64,000 nucleotides of DNA from Eledone cirrhosa. Its lineage: Eukaryota. The stretch covers positions 168,826,001 through 168,890,000 of the forward strand of contig OZ024741.1 of NCBI GenBank assembly GCA_964016885.1. Direction: 5' to 3'. Shown here in pieces: positions 28,621 through 41,175 of the stretch. Made by a program: the position numbers and the translations under genes. The notes beneath the pieces were generated by a model. It did not search any database. It was given only the letters and a program-made list of their open reading frames with translations, and was not told where the DNA came from. The first letter of the stretch is position 1, and each line of letters starts with the position of its first letter.

Positions 28621-30591
28621 GTTTTTTTAGAGGCGTCTTTTACTTACCTCGTCATATCCACATCACTGGATTGTGAGGGTTTTCTAGGGCGTTACATGTG
28701 TCACACATTGCTCCTTCTCCCCTAATAGTTTACTACTGTTGATCCGTGGTTGCTTATTCGTCCGGCAGCTGGCGACTTATATCGCAACTAATCATCATAT
28801 CTGCTGGTCGTATCGATACCCGCAACCTGCGGCACATTCTATAGCAGAACGTTATGTGGTAAACCTATGGTCTCTAAATAGTTCACCCACTTGAGCTCAA
28901 CAAAGTCAGACAACACAAAAATCAATATCCTAATACTGGACCTATTAAGGGTGATGAAGTCAGTGACCCACATATGCAAAAATAAATAACTAAAAAGACA
29001 AATACAACACTTGGTGATTTAGTAATATACCTATCTATCTCATTATCAAACTTGTGTTTGGAACATAACAAATGCTCTGACAAAATTATGATGAAAGGTT
29101 TTTAGCTGAACGCATGCACTTTCAAACAAAGAGTTTAGTATCATAGAATCAAAAGCAGTGTCAGTCAGTTTGATATCAAAAAGATTAAAAATTTTCCAAA
29201 ATATCTGAAATTTTGGCAGTAGTTTTAAGAGATCAAAAGAAAATCTTTTCTTGAAATGAACCTCGGAAGCAACTGAGAACACAATAACACATCTGTCAAT
29301 ACAGCAGCTTCGAAAAAATTAGTTGTACCGGCAATTCAAAGAGTCAGTCTTGTTTCACATATTGTGTCACGCTGAATCTCCCGGAGATCTATGTTAAGTG
29401 TACATGTGTCTGTGGAATGCTTAGTAACTTGCACATTAATTTCACAAGCTGGCTGTTCTATTGATCAAATCAAATGGAACACTAGTCATTAGAACCAACG
29501 GAGGCCCAACAACAAGGTGCAGTATGGTAATCTCATTTAAAGCTATGAATATAACAACAAGCATATTATGGTCAATTTCCATGCTAAACAAGGGTTAAGC
29601 TTATGAACCCATGGCAAGCTTCTTTACTTTGTCCTATTGTCTGAATTCTTGTTCATCTACCCCTCCGTTTTCATTTTCTCCTCCATCATCCCTAGCTATG
29701 GGTTAATGATATTCCTCTTCCTCTATTTCTTTCCACATTAATTTTCAGCATTCCTTTCATCCTTCCTCAACACATGACTCAACCATCTTATTCAAAACAT
29801 TCAACACTGGGTCTATTCCTATCATTCACTTCAGTTCATTGTCTGTCTTCCTCTCTTTTAGCGATACTCCATTCATCCACTAGACTATTCTCATTTCTCT
29901 TCTTTCCAGCCTTCTCTGTTATTAATAACATCAGCAAAATATAATTGAAGATTATTTTCTGCTTGCTCTGCTAACTTCAACTTCTTTTGATGAGAAATAA
30001 TTACCTACGGGGAATGGTTTTTATATCGTACCTGAAAGATTAATTTCTCATCTGACTCAGGCTATAACCTGGAATTAAATGCCGTCTCAAAAGCATTTGG
30101 AATGTCCGAGAAAATTAACTATTAACTCAAAAAAGTTAGGATTGCAATGGAGTTAAAGATGTGAATAGGAATAGATGTCTAAAGGCAACAAAGCTGTTGA
30201 CACTAGCATGGAATTCAATTAAGAATCAATACACTAATTAAGATCAAATAATTTGGAATAATATTGGAAATTGATGTTATCATTTCCAGTGTCGTAACAA
30301 GTTTATTAATTATAATGGCTGTCAATAGTTCTCTATTAGTAATAATGTGAAGATACAGGGTCTAGTCTTTAATGAGTTCAGATCACAATTATTAGGTCTT
30401 TATTATTAGTCATTAATGAGTTCAAGTCACAATTATTATCCTTTCGTTGGTCGGTTTGTATAACAACTACATACATGATGATGGCATACATACATACATA
30501 CGCTCATGTATACATATATACATGCACACATACATACAACCATACATGCACACATACACAAATATACACACATACATATGTACATAAATGT

Positions 30592-30642
<51 letters not shown>

Positions 30643-31617
30643 TACATATATACATACATTATCATCATCATCGCTTAACGTCTATGTTCAACCCTAGCAT
30701 CCGTGTATGTATACATACATGCATACATACATAAACACATATACACACATACATACGTACATAGATGCACATATACATACATACACACATATAGACACAT
30801 ACATAAATAAATACATACACACACACAGTAAACGCGATCAGTCGCATATTTTGGCGTGGGAGACTATTTATTATATTTAAGATGAATACTATCTCCGACA
30901 GTAAAGAAACAACTACAGTCATTCTTCTAAATATATCTTCTGAATACACCTTTTATTCGAATTCGTAGAGATATCCGACTAAATACATAATTCATTTTAC
31001 ATGGATTTGCTACAAACAGCATGACTGAACACAACATCAACAACAAAATTAAGGAAGTATCGAAGACAAACAACGAGAAAGGTAAACAAATATTATTCAG
31101 TTGTAGCTACAGAAGAAACCGAAATTATAAATCGCATTTCTCTTGGAGTTACGAATTTAATGATCATTTATTTAATTGTTATAAAATGGCAAAAACAATC
31201 CCTCCATTGGCTATATGAACAGAATAAAGCTACACTGGGACGAAATGGACCCAGAGCTAAATTGTTTCACAGCGAAACAATTACGCCAACAAGCGACGTT
31301 TGTTGGCGTAAAAATAAGATAAATAGTATTAATTGTAAGTCCCCCACAACAAACATGGGATCAATAATACGTGCTACAGATCGCCATGCTACTAGACTTC
31401 CTAGCAACCAGGTCGAACAGCGCCTTGAAACAACTATGCCTGTAAGAAACTTGACACCACCTGTACCATCTAAGTCTACCTCGAATGCTGGGGAAAACAC
31501 TATCGATAATAATAATAATCGAAGAAAGAATAATAATAATCGAAGAAATTGACACCACGTGTACCATCCGAGTCTACCTCGACTGTTGTGGAAAATACTA
31601 TCGATAATGATAATAAT

Positions 31618-31835
31618 GGTTTCTTATATAGACACAAAGCCAGTAATTTGGAGGGAGGGGAAAGTCGATTAAATCAACTCCAGTGCGTGACTGGTACTTT
31701 ATTTTATCGACCCTATAAGGATGAAAGGCATAGTTAACCTCAGCGGGATTTGAGCTCAGATCATAAAGAGCCGTAACTCTATGCTGCAAAGCATGGCGTC
31801 CGACCCTCTACCGATACTGCCAATCCACCGCCCTC
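31618..31835 (-). mobile_element. SINE family A inserted into the R4 element, 18-bp TSD
   Basis: TSD atcgataatgataataat at 31600-31617 and 31836-31853. Confidence 0.9.
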
Positions 31836-33345
31836 ATCGATAATGATAATAATCAAAAGTATAAACAATTGAAAATTTCCCTCAACGAATTCTTCCAGAG
31901 AGAAATTAATTCATGTATAAATATGTCTCTTGCTGAACGTATTAAAACGACAATATTTAATACAAAACCAAATAATGAAATATTACGTGTTATTGACGAA
32001 ATAGGGGATGAATATTTATGACGGATAAAAACCCCAACATTTTGGCTAATCAACGCCTGTTTATATGCCTTAGCAACGACAGTGAAGCTTTATCTTGGTG
32101 ATAGCAGAGATATTAACAAGAACAAAACACCACCAAAAATACCATAACTAAAATAGAAAAAAAGATTGCTGACCTACGAAAAACCATAGGATATGTGACA
32201 ATGCTCCTTACATGCAAACAAACACAAAAACCTCACTCCTCACCAACAAAGAGTGAAAAATAAAATAGAGACGATGTTTGGTAACAGTAGAACCAGAACT
32301 CTTCGATATAAGCTGATCACCCTCAAACAAGAATTGAGAGCTGTTGGCGAAAAACGCCGATACCTGAAGAAGGTAGATGAGAGAAAAGTGCTTAATAAAA
32401 GATTCAGATGAAACCAAAAATCAGTCTATAGAGATATGAAGAACAAAATAATAAGTGTCACTGAGGCCCCATCCCAGAAAGACATACATTCCTTTTGGAG
32501 CAAAATATGGAGTGAAAAGAAGAATTTCAACCAAGGTGCAGTTTGGCTAAGAGAAATCCGAAAGAACTATTGCTCCTACACTACAACAAAAACATACGAA
32601 ATAAGTGAGGGTACCCTTGAGACTGTGATAGGAAAACTCCAAGATAAGAAAACATCAGGAAGAGACATGATTGTCGGCTACTGGCACAAAAAGAACTGAT
32701 ATTCTATCGAAGGTATCTTACTGACCTCTACCAACAAGTTCCTCAGAGAGAAACACTTATACCAGAATGGTTGACATAGAGAAGCTGTCTTCTTCTTGGG
32801 CTACTATCCTAAGGTTAAAGACAGAGAGGGAGGACTCTATTTTCACTGATAAAGTAAAATATCGCAGGGGTATATTTCAGAGAGAGAGTCTCTCTGTGAT
32901 AATATTCATCCTGTCATTAAGCCCCTTGTCCTTTCTGCTCAAGAAATGTGAAGGATACATCATTGGCTCACAGGAGGACAGAAATACGAACCTAACCCAT
33001 AATTTCTTTGTGGATGATCTGAAACTCTATGTCAAGAACATGGATGAGATGAAGAAAAATCTTGACCTGGTTACAACGTTCTCAAAGGATATAGGAATAG
33101 AGTTTGGCCAAGATAAATGCTCATATATGATTGTTAAGCGGGGAAAAACAACAACCCAATCTAGCAACATTGTCATCAGTGGCCTAACTGTTTCACCGAT
33201 ATTTGATGAGGACTGCTACAGATTCCTAGGGATAGATGAGAACATATCTTATAATGGTTTCTGTAATAAGTAACGCGTAACCAGGGAATACTACACCCGA
33301 TTAAGAAAGATTTGGTCATCGGAACTGTCTGCGCAAAAAAAAACA

Positions 33346-34572
33346 GTGGCTCACAATGTATTTGATGTGCCTGTCCTAACACCAACGTTTGGAATACTCA
33401 ATTGGACGATAGACGAAATCCGAGCAGTTGATGTTGGAACTCGAAAAATACTAAACAACACCGGAAACTTCCACATGAACAGTGACATAGACCGCCTTTA
33501 CTTGAAACGTAAGCAGGGAGGCAGAGGCCTAACATCAGTCCATACAGCATTTGAATGTCGCATCATATCCCTCCGACAACATCTACGAACCTCGAAGCGT
33601 AGGAGCCCGCCTCTCGAGCAAGTCTATCTGCATGAAACAGATAAGATCATGAGAGTTGGGAAGGAACTCCTCGAGAGATATTCCTTGTGTGATAATCAAA
33701 AACTCACATCCAGAGATGTCGCTCAGCAGTATCGCAGTGAATCCATGGATGAAAAACTGCATGCTTATCATCAAAAGGTCATGCATGGATATGTTGCCAG
33801 GAAGCTCCAGAGTGAGAGTAATATAGATAAGGAAAGTAGTCTATCTTGGACCAACAACCGTTATATTGACTCCCACTTTGAAGGATACGCTTTTGCAATC
33901 CAAGAACAGGAAATTAACACGAAATACCTGATTCACAAAAGAGATAGGGATGTAGGCAAAACACCTAGATGTGATAACAAGTGCAGACTCTGCAGGACTA
34001 ATATCGAAGATATTAACCATGTCATAAGCAGCTGTCCAAAGATGTCATCGCGGTACTATCTACCTATGAGGCATGATCTAGTGGCCAAAACACTGTACAA
34101 TACAATCCGTAAAAAAGATAGCCCCTATAATAAACACATTAAAAGCTACAGTAATGTGGAAGACATCCATGTACATACTATGAAAGAGTACTGGTGGAAT
34201 GTTCCAGTAAAAACCCCAATAAAATGCAGGCATAACAGACCAGATATGATATGGGACAGGGAGAAGAAAGTATGCACAGTAGTGGAAATTAGCTGCCCAG
34301 CAGATGCCAATATAATCTCAAAGATTAGCGAAAAGGAGAATATTTATGCAGAACTGATGAGAAATCTGCAGATACTCCACCCTGATTACACCTTCAGATT
34401 TATGCCTGTGATTATTGGGGCACTGGGGTATGTTAGTAACTGCCTCAATACAGATCTTGAGAAGCCAGGCTTCACAGGAACAGAAAGAACACAACTAGTT
34501 AGAAAATTACAAGTACAATCCATTAATGGAACAGTAAAAATATGTAAAACATTCCAAAAATGTTGCATCTAA
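33346..34572 (+). pseudogene. R4/Dong C-terminal zinc knuckle + PD-(D/E)xK restriction-like endonuclease
   Basis: 408-aa ORF with the motifs above. Confidence 0.9.
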
Positions 34573-34822
34573 TAACTGCATATACTCACATACAGATACA
34601 AAGCATATACACATGCACACATACAACTCAAAACATCCACACCCACACATACAATAACATCCATATCTACACATGCAGACATTCATACATAATCTACCTA
34701 GTTGATGTGTAAATTCCAATGAAAGAGAGTCTTGTGTCTATGTTAGAAACCGACTCTTTCTCTATTGGGAAAAGATTTGTGAAATTATACAACCAGAAGA
34801 ACATACACACATACATACATAC

Positions 34823-35862
34823 ATGGTGGCTGCCAACTCGTTTTCGAGTACGGCCACTACTTTATATCCATGTAGGAGAACCCCTTCCGATGCGCTGAAC
34901 AAGTGTGACTTTTAGTCCAGCCAGTGACTTGAAAACTCTAGTACAAACACTACACTTGTGACAATTATTGACACATAGTGCTGGGCCCATGGTACCATGT
35001 GATGACAAGTGCAGAGAGATCTCCAGATATAAAGCAATGCCTGTGCTGTGAAGCTTTTATAGTGAGCAAAGACACTGCACAAAGCCAGTCCCACTCTCTT
35101 AACCAAGATGATATTTACCAAAAAGAAGAACAAGTCAACATCATTGGATACCATCAGGGTTGCAGGTGTTATATCAGAGTTTTCCTTCTCCTAGAATTCT
35201 GCCTTGACAAAGGCTAAGGGGTCATCTCTCCCGGATACATACATACATACATACATACATACATGGTGGCTGCCAACTCGTTTTCGAGTACGGCCACTAC
35301 TTTATATCCATGTAGGAGAACCCCTACCGATGCGCTGAACGAGTGTGAATTTTTAGTCCAGCCAGCGACTTGAAAACTCTGGTACAAACACTACACTTGT
35401 GACAATTATTGACACAGTGCTGGGCCCATGGTACCATGTGACGGCAAGTACAGAGAGATCTCCAGATGTAAAGCAATGCCTGTGCCGTGAAGCTTTTATA
35501 GTGAGCAAAGGCACTGCACAAAGCCAGTTCCACTCTCTTAACCAAGATGATATTTACCAAAAAGAAGAACAACTCAACATCATTGGATACCATCAGGGTT
35601 GCAGGTGTTATATCAGAGTTTTCCTTCTCCTAGAATTCTGCCTTGACAAAGGCTAAGGGGTCATCTCTCCCAGTGATTTTGGATGGCCATTGACTCTTAA
35701 GAGCTCCTTTGCCCTTTGACAGGTTTTGTTGTTAGTCCTGCAGGATGTCCAAAGTCACCCTCCTCACCAAGAAACCTTGGTGGGGTTGCTAGTTTAGTCG
35801 CCAACGACCCGACCATGAGACAGGTTGTACTGGGATACATGTTACCAGTAGCACCAACTGAC
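34823..35862 (-). mobile_element. Two tandem copies of a short non-autonomous (probably RTE-derived) element separated by (CATA)n
   Basis: 34823-35232 nearly identical to 35262-35672; C2H2 remnant CSVCTRVFKSLAGLKIHTRSAH; (ATGT)n at the 3' ends. Confidence 0.65.
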
Positions 35863-35946
35863 ATACATACATACATACCTGACATACATACATACATACA
35901 TACATACATACATACATACATACATACATACATACATACATACATA

Positions 35947-36260
35947 CAAATTCTATTGATGAGGAGTTTGCAGATCCAGTATCCAAGATACACCTTCAGC
36001 TTTATACCTATCATTATTGGAGCTACAGGTTATATACCAACTTGCTTGGACCAAAGTATAACTGAACTTGGATTTGTGGACAAAGAGCGCGGCTCCATAA
36101 TTCATAGACTACAAAAGGCTGTGATAGCTGGCACCTTCAAATTTTGCAAAACATTCTTGTTATACAAGGGGTGACAATTTCTTTTCTTTTACAACATTGC
36201 ACCAGGAAGGTGGTCGGTCAAAAATGTACTCGAAATTAAGAGAAAGAGAAACATAAATGC
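35947..36260 (+). mobile_element. 3' fragment of a second R4/Dong-like element
   Basis: LMRSLQIQYPRYTFSFIPIIIGATG..LQKAVIAGTFKFCKTF, homologous to the end of 33346-34572. Confidence 0.8.
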
Positions 36261-36718
36261 ATACATAGATATATTAACTCCTTTTGACTATAACTTTCTA
36301 GGATATCATTAGATAGACTGAGACAATGGAAGTGGAGTGTATATTTGCAACAACAAAAACAACGCAGCAATAAACTTAATGAGATATTAATCATGGAAGA
36401 AATGCAGGCTCATGCTATGCCAGGTAAATGATGGGTTTCAATCCCATAATTCATCGATTTAAAAAAACCTAGCGATGCCAGATACATACGTGGCTGTCAA
36501 TGACTGATAGCTTACAACTCATTGCTACTATAAACATATCTTTATTTACACATCTATAGATCTTTACATTCTGGAAATTTCTATTGTCACCATCACAAAT
36601 AAAGAGAAATAAATCAAAATAGATGAAGAAAGGCATTAAACACAATGATGAATCACGCTAAAATATACTTCTACTTCCGCCATATTGTTTCATTCATTTA
36701 TATCTATATATATATGTT

Positions 36719-36841
<123 letters not shown>

Positions 36842-37266
36842 GTATATATATGCCTATGGGATGACAAACACACCTTTAAATTCTGCTAATGGCGAAAACG
36901 TGCTTTTGCCTATAATGTCTATGAAACTGTCATTTTTTGTAGAGTGTATTCCCAAAACCATATATTAATACACACCCACCATATATGTTTGTTTGTGTGA
37001 GTGTGTATACTTGCTTGCATAATGGTAGCTGCATCTCTATTTTGAGAATTTCTATCACACTTGGACGTAATGAACATGTCTTCCTTGTCCTGTCATGGAC
37101 ATATATTCATATGCTGCAGAAACAGTGAAAGAGAAGGATTTTATATCAGATCTTTTTACAGGTGATGTCCTAACATGGGCTATGGGTTTTTCACTCCAGG
37201 TGGACCTACATATTGGATGTACATACGTACATATATATATTTCACTCTTTCTAGTTTCTCATTCTT

Positions 37267-37302
37267 TCTTCTGCTGAAGGACTAGCGTCCGAAACGTTAA
37301 GA
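37267..37302 (+). ncRNA. Degenerate type I HHR
   Basis: tctt CTGCTGA(A6>C) aGGAC tagc GTCC GAAAC GTT aaga. Confidence 0.5.
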
Positions 37303-37434
37303 CCCTCTTTCTGCTATTTCTAGCATTAACCTAATATATTCCTTCCATATACTGTACCGATTGTGTTGTTACTTCTGTTTACCTTTTACACACACACACT
37401 CACATACATGTGTGTGTGTGTGTGTGTGTGTGTA

Positions 37435-37745
37435 GGGTAAAGGTTAAAGATACCCTTCGGTCACAAATGGCCATGAGACTTGCACCTAGAGAGTTCCCCT
37501 CTGAAAAAGGTTGTTTCTGGGAGACTAGCAGTCGCACATGCATACCTGCCTCTCGTCTCCCCGTCACCGATGTTGCCCAAGGAAAAGGCAATGATTCATA
37601 CAGTATGACACTAGTGACGCCGCAACACATTTCTACAGCTGAGTGAACTGAAGCAACATGAAATAAACTGTCTAAACAACACATCATTCGATCCGAGAAT
37701 CCAACTCACAATTTCCTGATTGCAAGCCCAATGCTCTAATCACTA
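37435..37745 (-). mobile_element. tRNA-derived SINE (family C)
   Basis: tRNA-like head ctctaatcacta and gagtgaactgaagcaac.tgaaataa body shared with 19010-19120, 47465-47555 and 53065-53170. Confidence 0.6.
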
Positions 37746-38530
37746 ATATAAATATAGATTTAGCGAGAATCGCATTTCGGCGAGTAGAAAAGGCGAAACG
37801 AAATGCAAAAATCAGAAATAATGCTGGCAAGCGCACCAAAGTTAAAAAACCAGAGCTAAACAATGTGTTAAAACGCCATACAAAACTGAAATAGTGGTCA
37901 AGAAAGCATCAACCACCTAAGCCAAAAAGCAAATCAAACTAAACAGGTCAAAACAAAATAAATGATAAAAAGGCACAGACCTGAACCCGTTGGAATTGAT
38001 GTTAATATCCAAATGCAGGGTTTCTATGACACTTAAATCAAAATACTGTCTGCTTAAAATTATAAGCTTTAAGTATAATGGTCGAACAAGGAATATCACG
38101 TTATCAACAGGTATTTTGCTCTGTACCAAATTAGTGAATGACACAGAGGCACGTAAAAGCACATGTGGAATTCACAAGGGGAAAACCCCAGATTTTGGCA
38201 AATGAATTCCGTATGTGTATACCATGCAACAAATTGCATAAATAGCACAAATCGAATAAGCTCTCAACCAGGTAGTTTTCTAAATAAACTTATACAATTG
38301 ACCTGTCAATCAAATTATTAACAAGTTAATTGTAAGACTCGGAGATTAATACAAATATAGATTTAGCGAGAATCGCATTTCGGCGGGTAGAAAAGAGGAA
38401 ATGAAACGCAAAAATCAGAAATAATGCTCGCAAGCACTCCAAAGTTAAAAAACCAGAGCTAAACAATGTGTTAAAACGCCATACAAAACTGAAATAGTGG
38501 TCAAGAAAGCATCAACCACCTAAGCCAAAA
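37745..38530. repeat. ~600-bp unit repeated 1.3 times
   Basis: 37751-37928 recurs at 38353-38530. Confidence 0.85.
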
Positions 38531-38563
38531 ATATATATATATGTATATATATATATATATGTA

Positions 38564-38619
<56 letters not shown>

Positions 38620-38639
38620 AGACGTAAAATAAGAAAATT

Positions 38640-38670
<31 letters not shown>

Positions 38671-39448
38671 TTAACTTACTTAAATTTTCACTCCAACTAA
38701 TTAGTTTCTGCAATGGGATAAAGACAGTTACGTAATGAACTGTTGAGAATTTCATTGCGTCATCAGGGAGGTCATTCTCAGCCGAGTCTCCAGGCGATGC
38801 GCGGACACTGGGGACTCATATAAAAATAATAATAATTCGGCAACTGGAACAGCTATCGAGGACTGGATTCCAGCCACTGAAAATTCTCACTGCCACTGAT
38901 CATATGGCCGATTCTAAAGAATCAATCACGTGACACAGAGGCTAGTCAGTAGGAATGGGATGGTAAGATGACAGACGCCTACTAACACCCCCCCCAAAAA
39001 ATTTAGAAGTGGTTTTGGCAGGTTTGCTCGACAAATCAGTGATTTGGAGATAAATATAGATAATTTAATATATCTACTAACATAAGCGCACAGATGTACG
39101 CTAATGCCAGCAAATACACAGGTTATGTCATAGTACCTAGGTGGTTCAATTTTTTTTTTTTTTTCTTTTTTTTTTTTAAGAAATTTTCTTATTTTACGTC
39201 TTATATATTATTGTTCTGCATTCTCCTGCATTGAACCACCTAGGTACTATGACATAACCTGTGTATTTGCTGGCATTAGCGTACATCTGTGCGCTTATGT
39301 TAGTAGATATATTAAATTATCTATATATATATATATACATATATATATTGGGAGGGTCATATTTGTGTAATGATATTGCCAGAATTAATAACACACGATT
39401 TCATATCAAAAACCTCGCAAAACTAATTCATCGCCGTTATATATATAT

Positions 39449-40510
39449 AGAAAAGATGAATATAAAATGAAAGTGCTTTTTTTAAAAAGGAATTTATTAG
39501 GTATTGACATATGTTCCTGTAACAGACGGAATACCTATGTATCGCTGCTTGCGTAATCATATAATGTTAGCAAGTATTCGATAGCAAATGTATAATCAGT
39601 TGTCACTTCTTCAGAGATTTTGGATAAATTGGATAAAATCAGAAAAATTGAAGTATTTATATTAGTAATAGAGGAAGAAGAGAGGGGATAGTATATGACA
39701 GATGGTAATTCAATTTACTGCTAAACAAGTATATAAAGGGTTTCTAATGAGAATACCATGAGTAAATGGTTCATTTTATCTAAATAAGAATTTTTGGGAG
39801 TGCCAATTTTAATCTCTACTTGACCAATTGAACGATGGACAGGGCTGGTCATTTGGTGTAGTAGTATTAATTATAAAGTGTCAATTGGGGAAGGGGGAGA
39901 TTTCGATTGCTGCTGAATAACATCAATGCTAGTAGCCAGCTGGTATATGCATTAGGGAATTGAATTAAGAAATCAGAAATCTCATTTTATCTATAGCAAT
40001 TTATATTAAAGTACCAGCTGGCTACTAGCATTGATGTTATTCAGCAGCAATCGAAATCTCCCCCTTCCCCAATTGACACTTTATAATTAATACTACTACA
40101 CCAAATGACCAGCCCTGTCCATTGTCCAATTGGTCAAGTAGAGATTAAAATTGGCACTCCCAAAAATTCTTATTTAGATAAAATGAACCATTTACTCATG
40201 GTATTCTCATTAGAAACCCTTTATATACTTGTTTAGCAGTAAATTGAATTACCATCTGTCATATACTATCCCCTCTCTTCTTCCTCTATTACTAATATAA
40301 ATACTTCAATTTTTCTGATTTTATCCAATTTATCCAAAATCTCTGAAGAAGTGACAACTGATTATACATTTGCTATCGAATACTTGCTAACATTATATGA
40401 TTACGCAAGCAGCGATACATAGGTATTCCGTCTGTTACAGAAACATATGTCAATACCTAATAAATTCCTTTTCAAAAAAAAGCACTTTCATTTTATATTC
40501 ATCTTTTCTA
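39449..40510. mobile_element. Long fold-back element (~497-bp near-perfect arms, 66-bp spacer) carrying HHR-like motifs
   Basis: 39449-39945 is the reverse complement of 40012-40510. Confidence 0.9.
40343..40458 (+). ncRNA. HHR-like motif with ~75-nt insert in domain II
   Basis: CTGAAGA a GTGACA...TGTTAC a GAAAC ATAT GTC aatacct; AATAAA at 40459. Confidence 0.5.
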
Positions 40511-40697
40511 CATTTTCTCCGGAATATAATTTATACTCGTTGAGCAAACCTACACGTACGCTGTTCATCTCTAACGTAACGATATATTATCACTACATTA
40601 TTGATAACCTGAAATTTTATATATATATATATAAACATAAAATTACACATATAATATATATGTGTGTTGGTATTTGTATCTGTGTGTGTGTGTGAGC

Positions 40698-40733
<36 letters not shown>

Positions 40734-40764
40734 ATGTATATATTATAATAAAAAAATTTGTATC

Positions 40765-41175
40765 CGAAAAATGTAACTTCAAATCTTCCCCAGAGTGCCA
40801 GAGTGCTAAACAACAATTACATGGCCTCCGTAATTTTCTACAGCTGCCCCCTGCATGCTGATGAAAATAATATGTACATCTAAATTGGAGTTACGAAAAA
40901 GGATTTTATATCCCGTTTCTATAACCTCATCAGCTCCTTCGAACACTGATATAAAAGATCGCAATCCAGTCTAGCGGAGAAGGTGTGACGACTGAAGGAC
41001 AAAAACATTAACTTGAAAATGGAAAGAGGAATCCTTAAACGGGCACCCCCAAACATACATGGATGCAGACAATGCCGGCTGAGCCTTTCAGAGTTTGTAG
41101 AAATCATCAAATTAATGGATCACGGAATATACTTATGGTGTGAAGTTGTGATGAATTCATGCCTGCAATTGTTAG
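40765..41175 (+). pseudogene. Degenerate Naiad-type PLE GIY-YIG fragment
   Basis: Manual translation: IGVTKKDFISRFYNLISSFEH*YKRSQSSLAEKV*RLKD..ILKRAPP..GCRQCRLSLSE. Confidence 0.6.

Larger units (their letters stand above)
30830..34790 (+). mobile_element. Near full-length R4/Dong-like non-LTR retrotransposon (RT + CCHC + REL endonuclease), decayed, in (CATA)n-rich DNA
   Basis: RRGIFQRESLS, FFVDDLKLY, RLYLKRKQGGRGL, CRLC..HVISSC, RHD, NRPDMIWD..VEISCP..K; stops, frameshifts and an RT deletion near 32770; 5' boundary approximate. Confidence 0.88.

Noticed and set aside
29020-30300. Possible minus-strand host exons (open stretches with AG/GT sites)
   Set aside because: No recognisable domain and no consistent spliced frame; needs RNA-seq
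38738-38786. Minus-strand CTGATGA cgcaat GAAA with tgagaat/attctca pairing (type III HHR-like)
   Set aside because: No stem I or II can form, and the cleavage-position nucleotide is G
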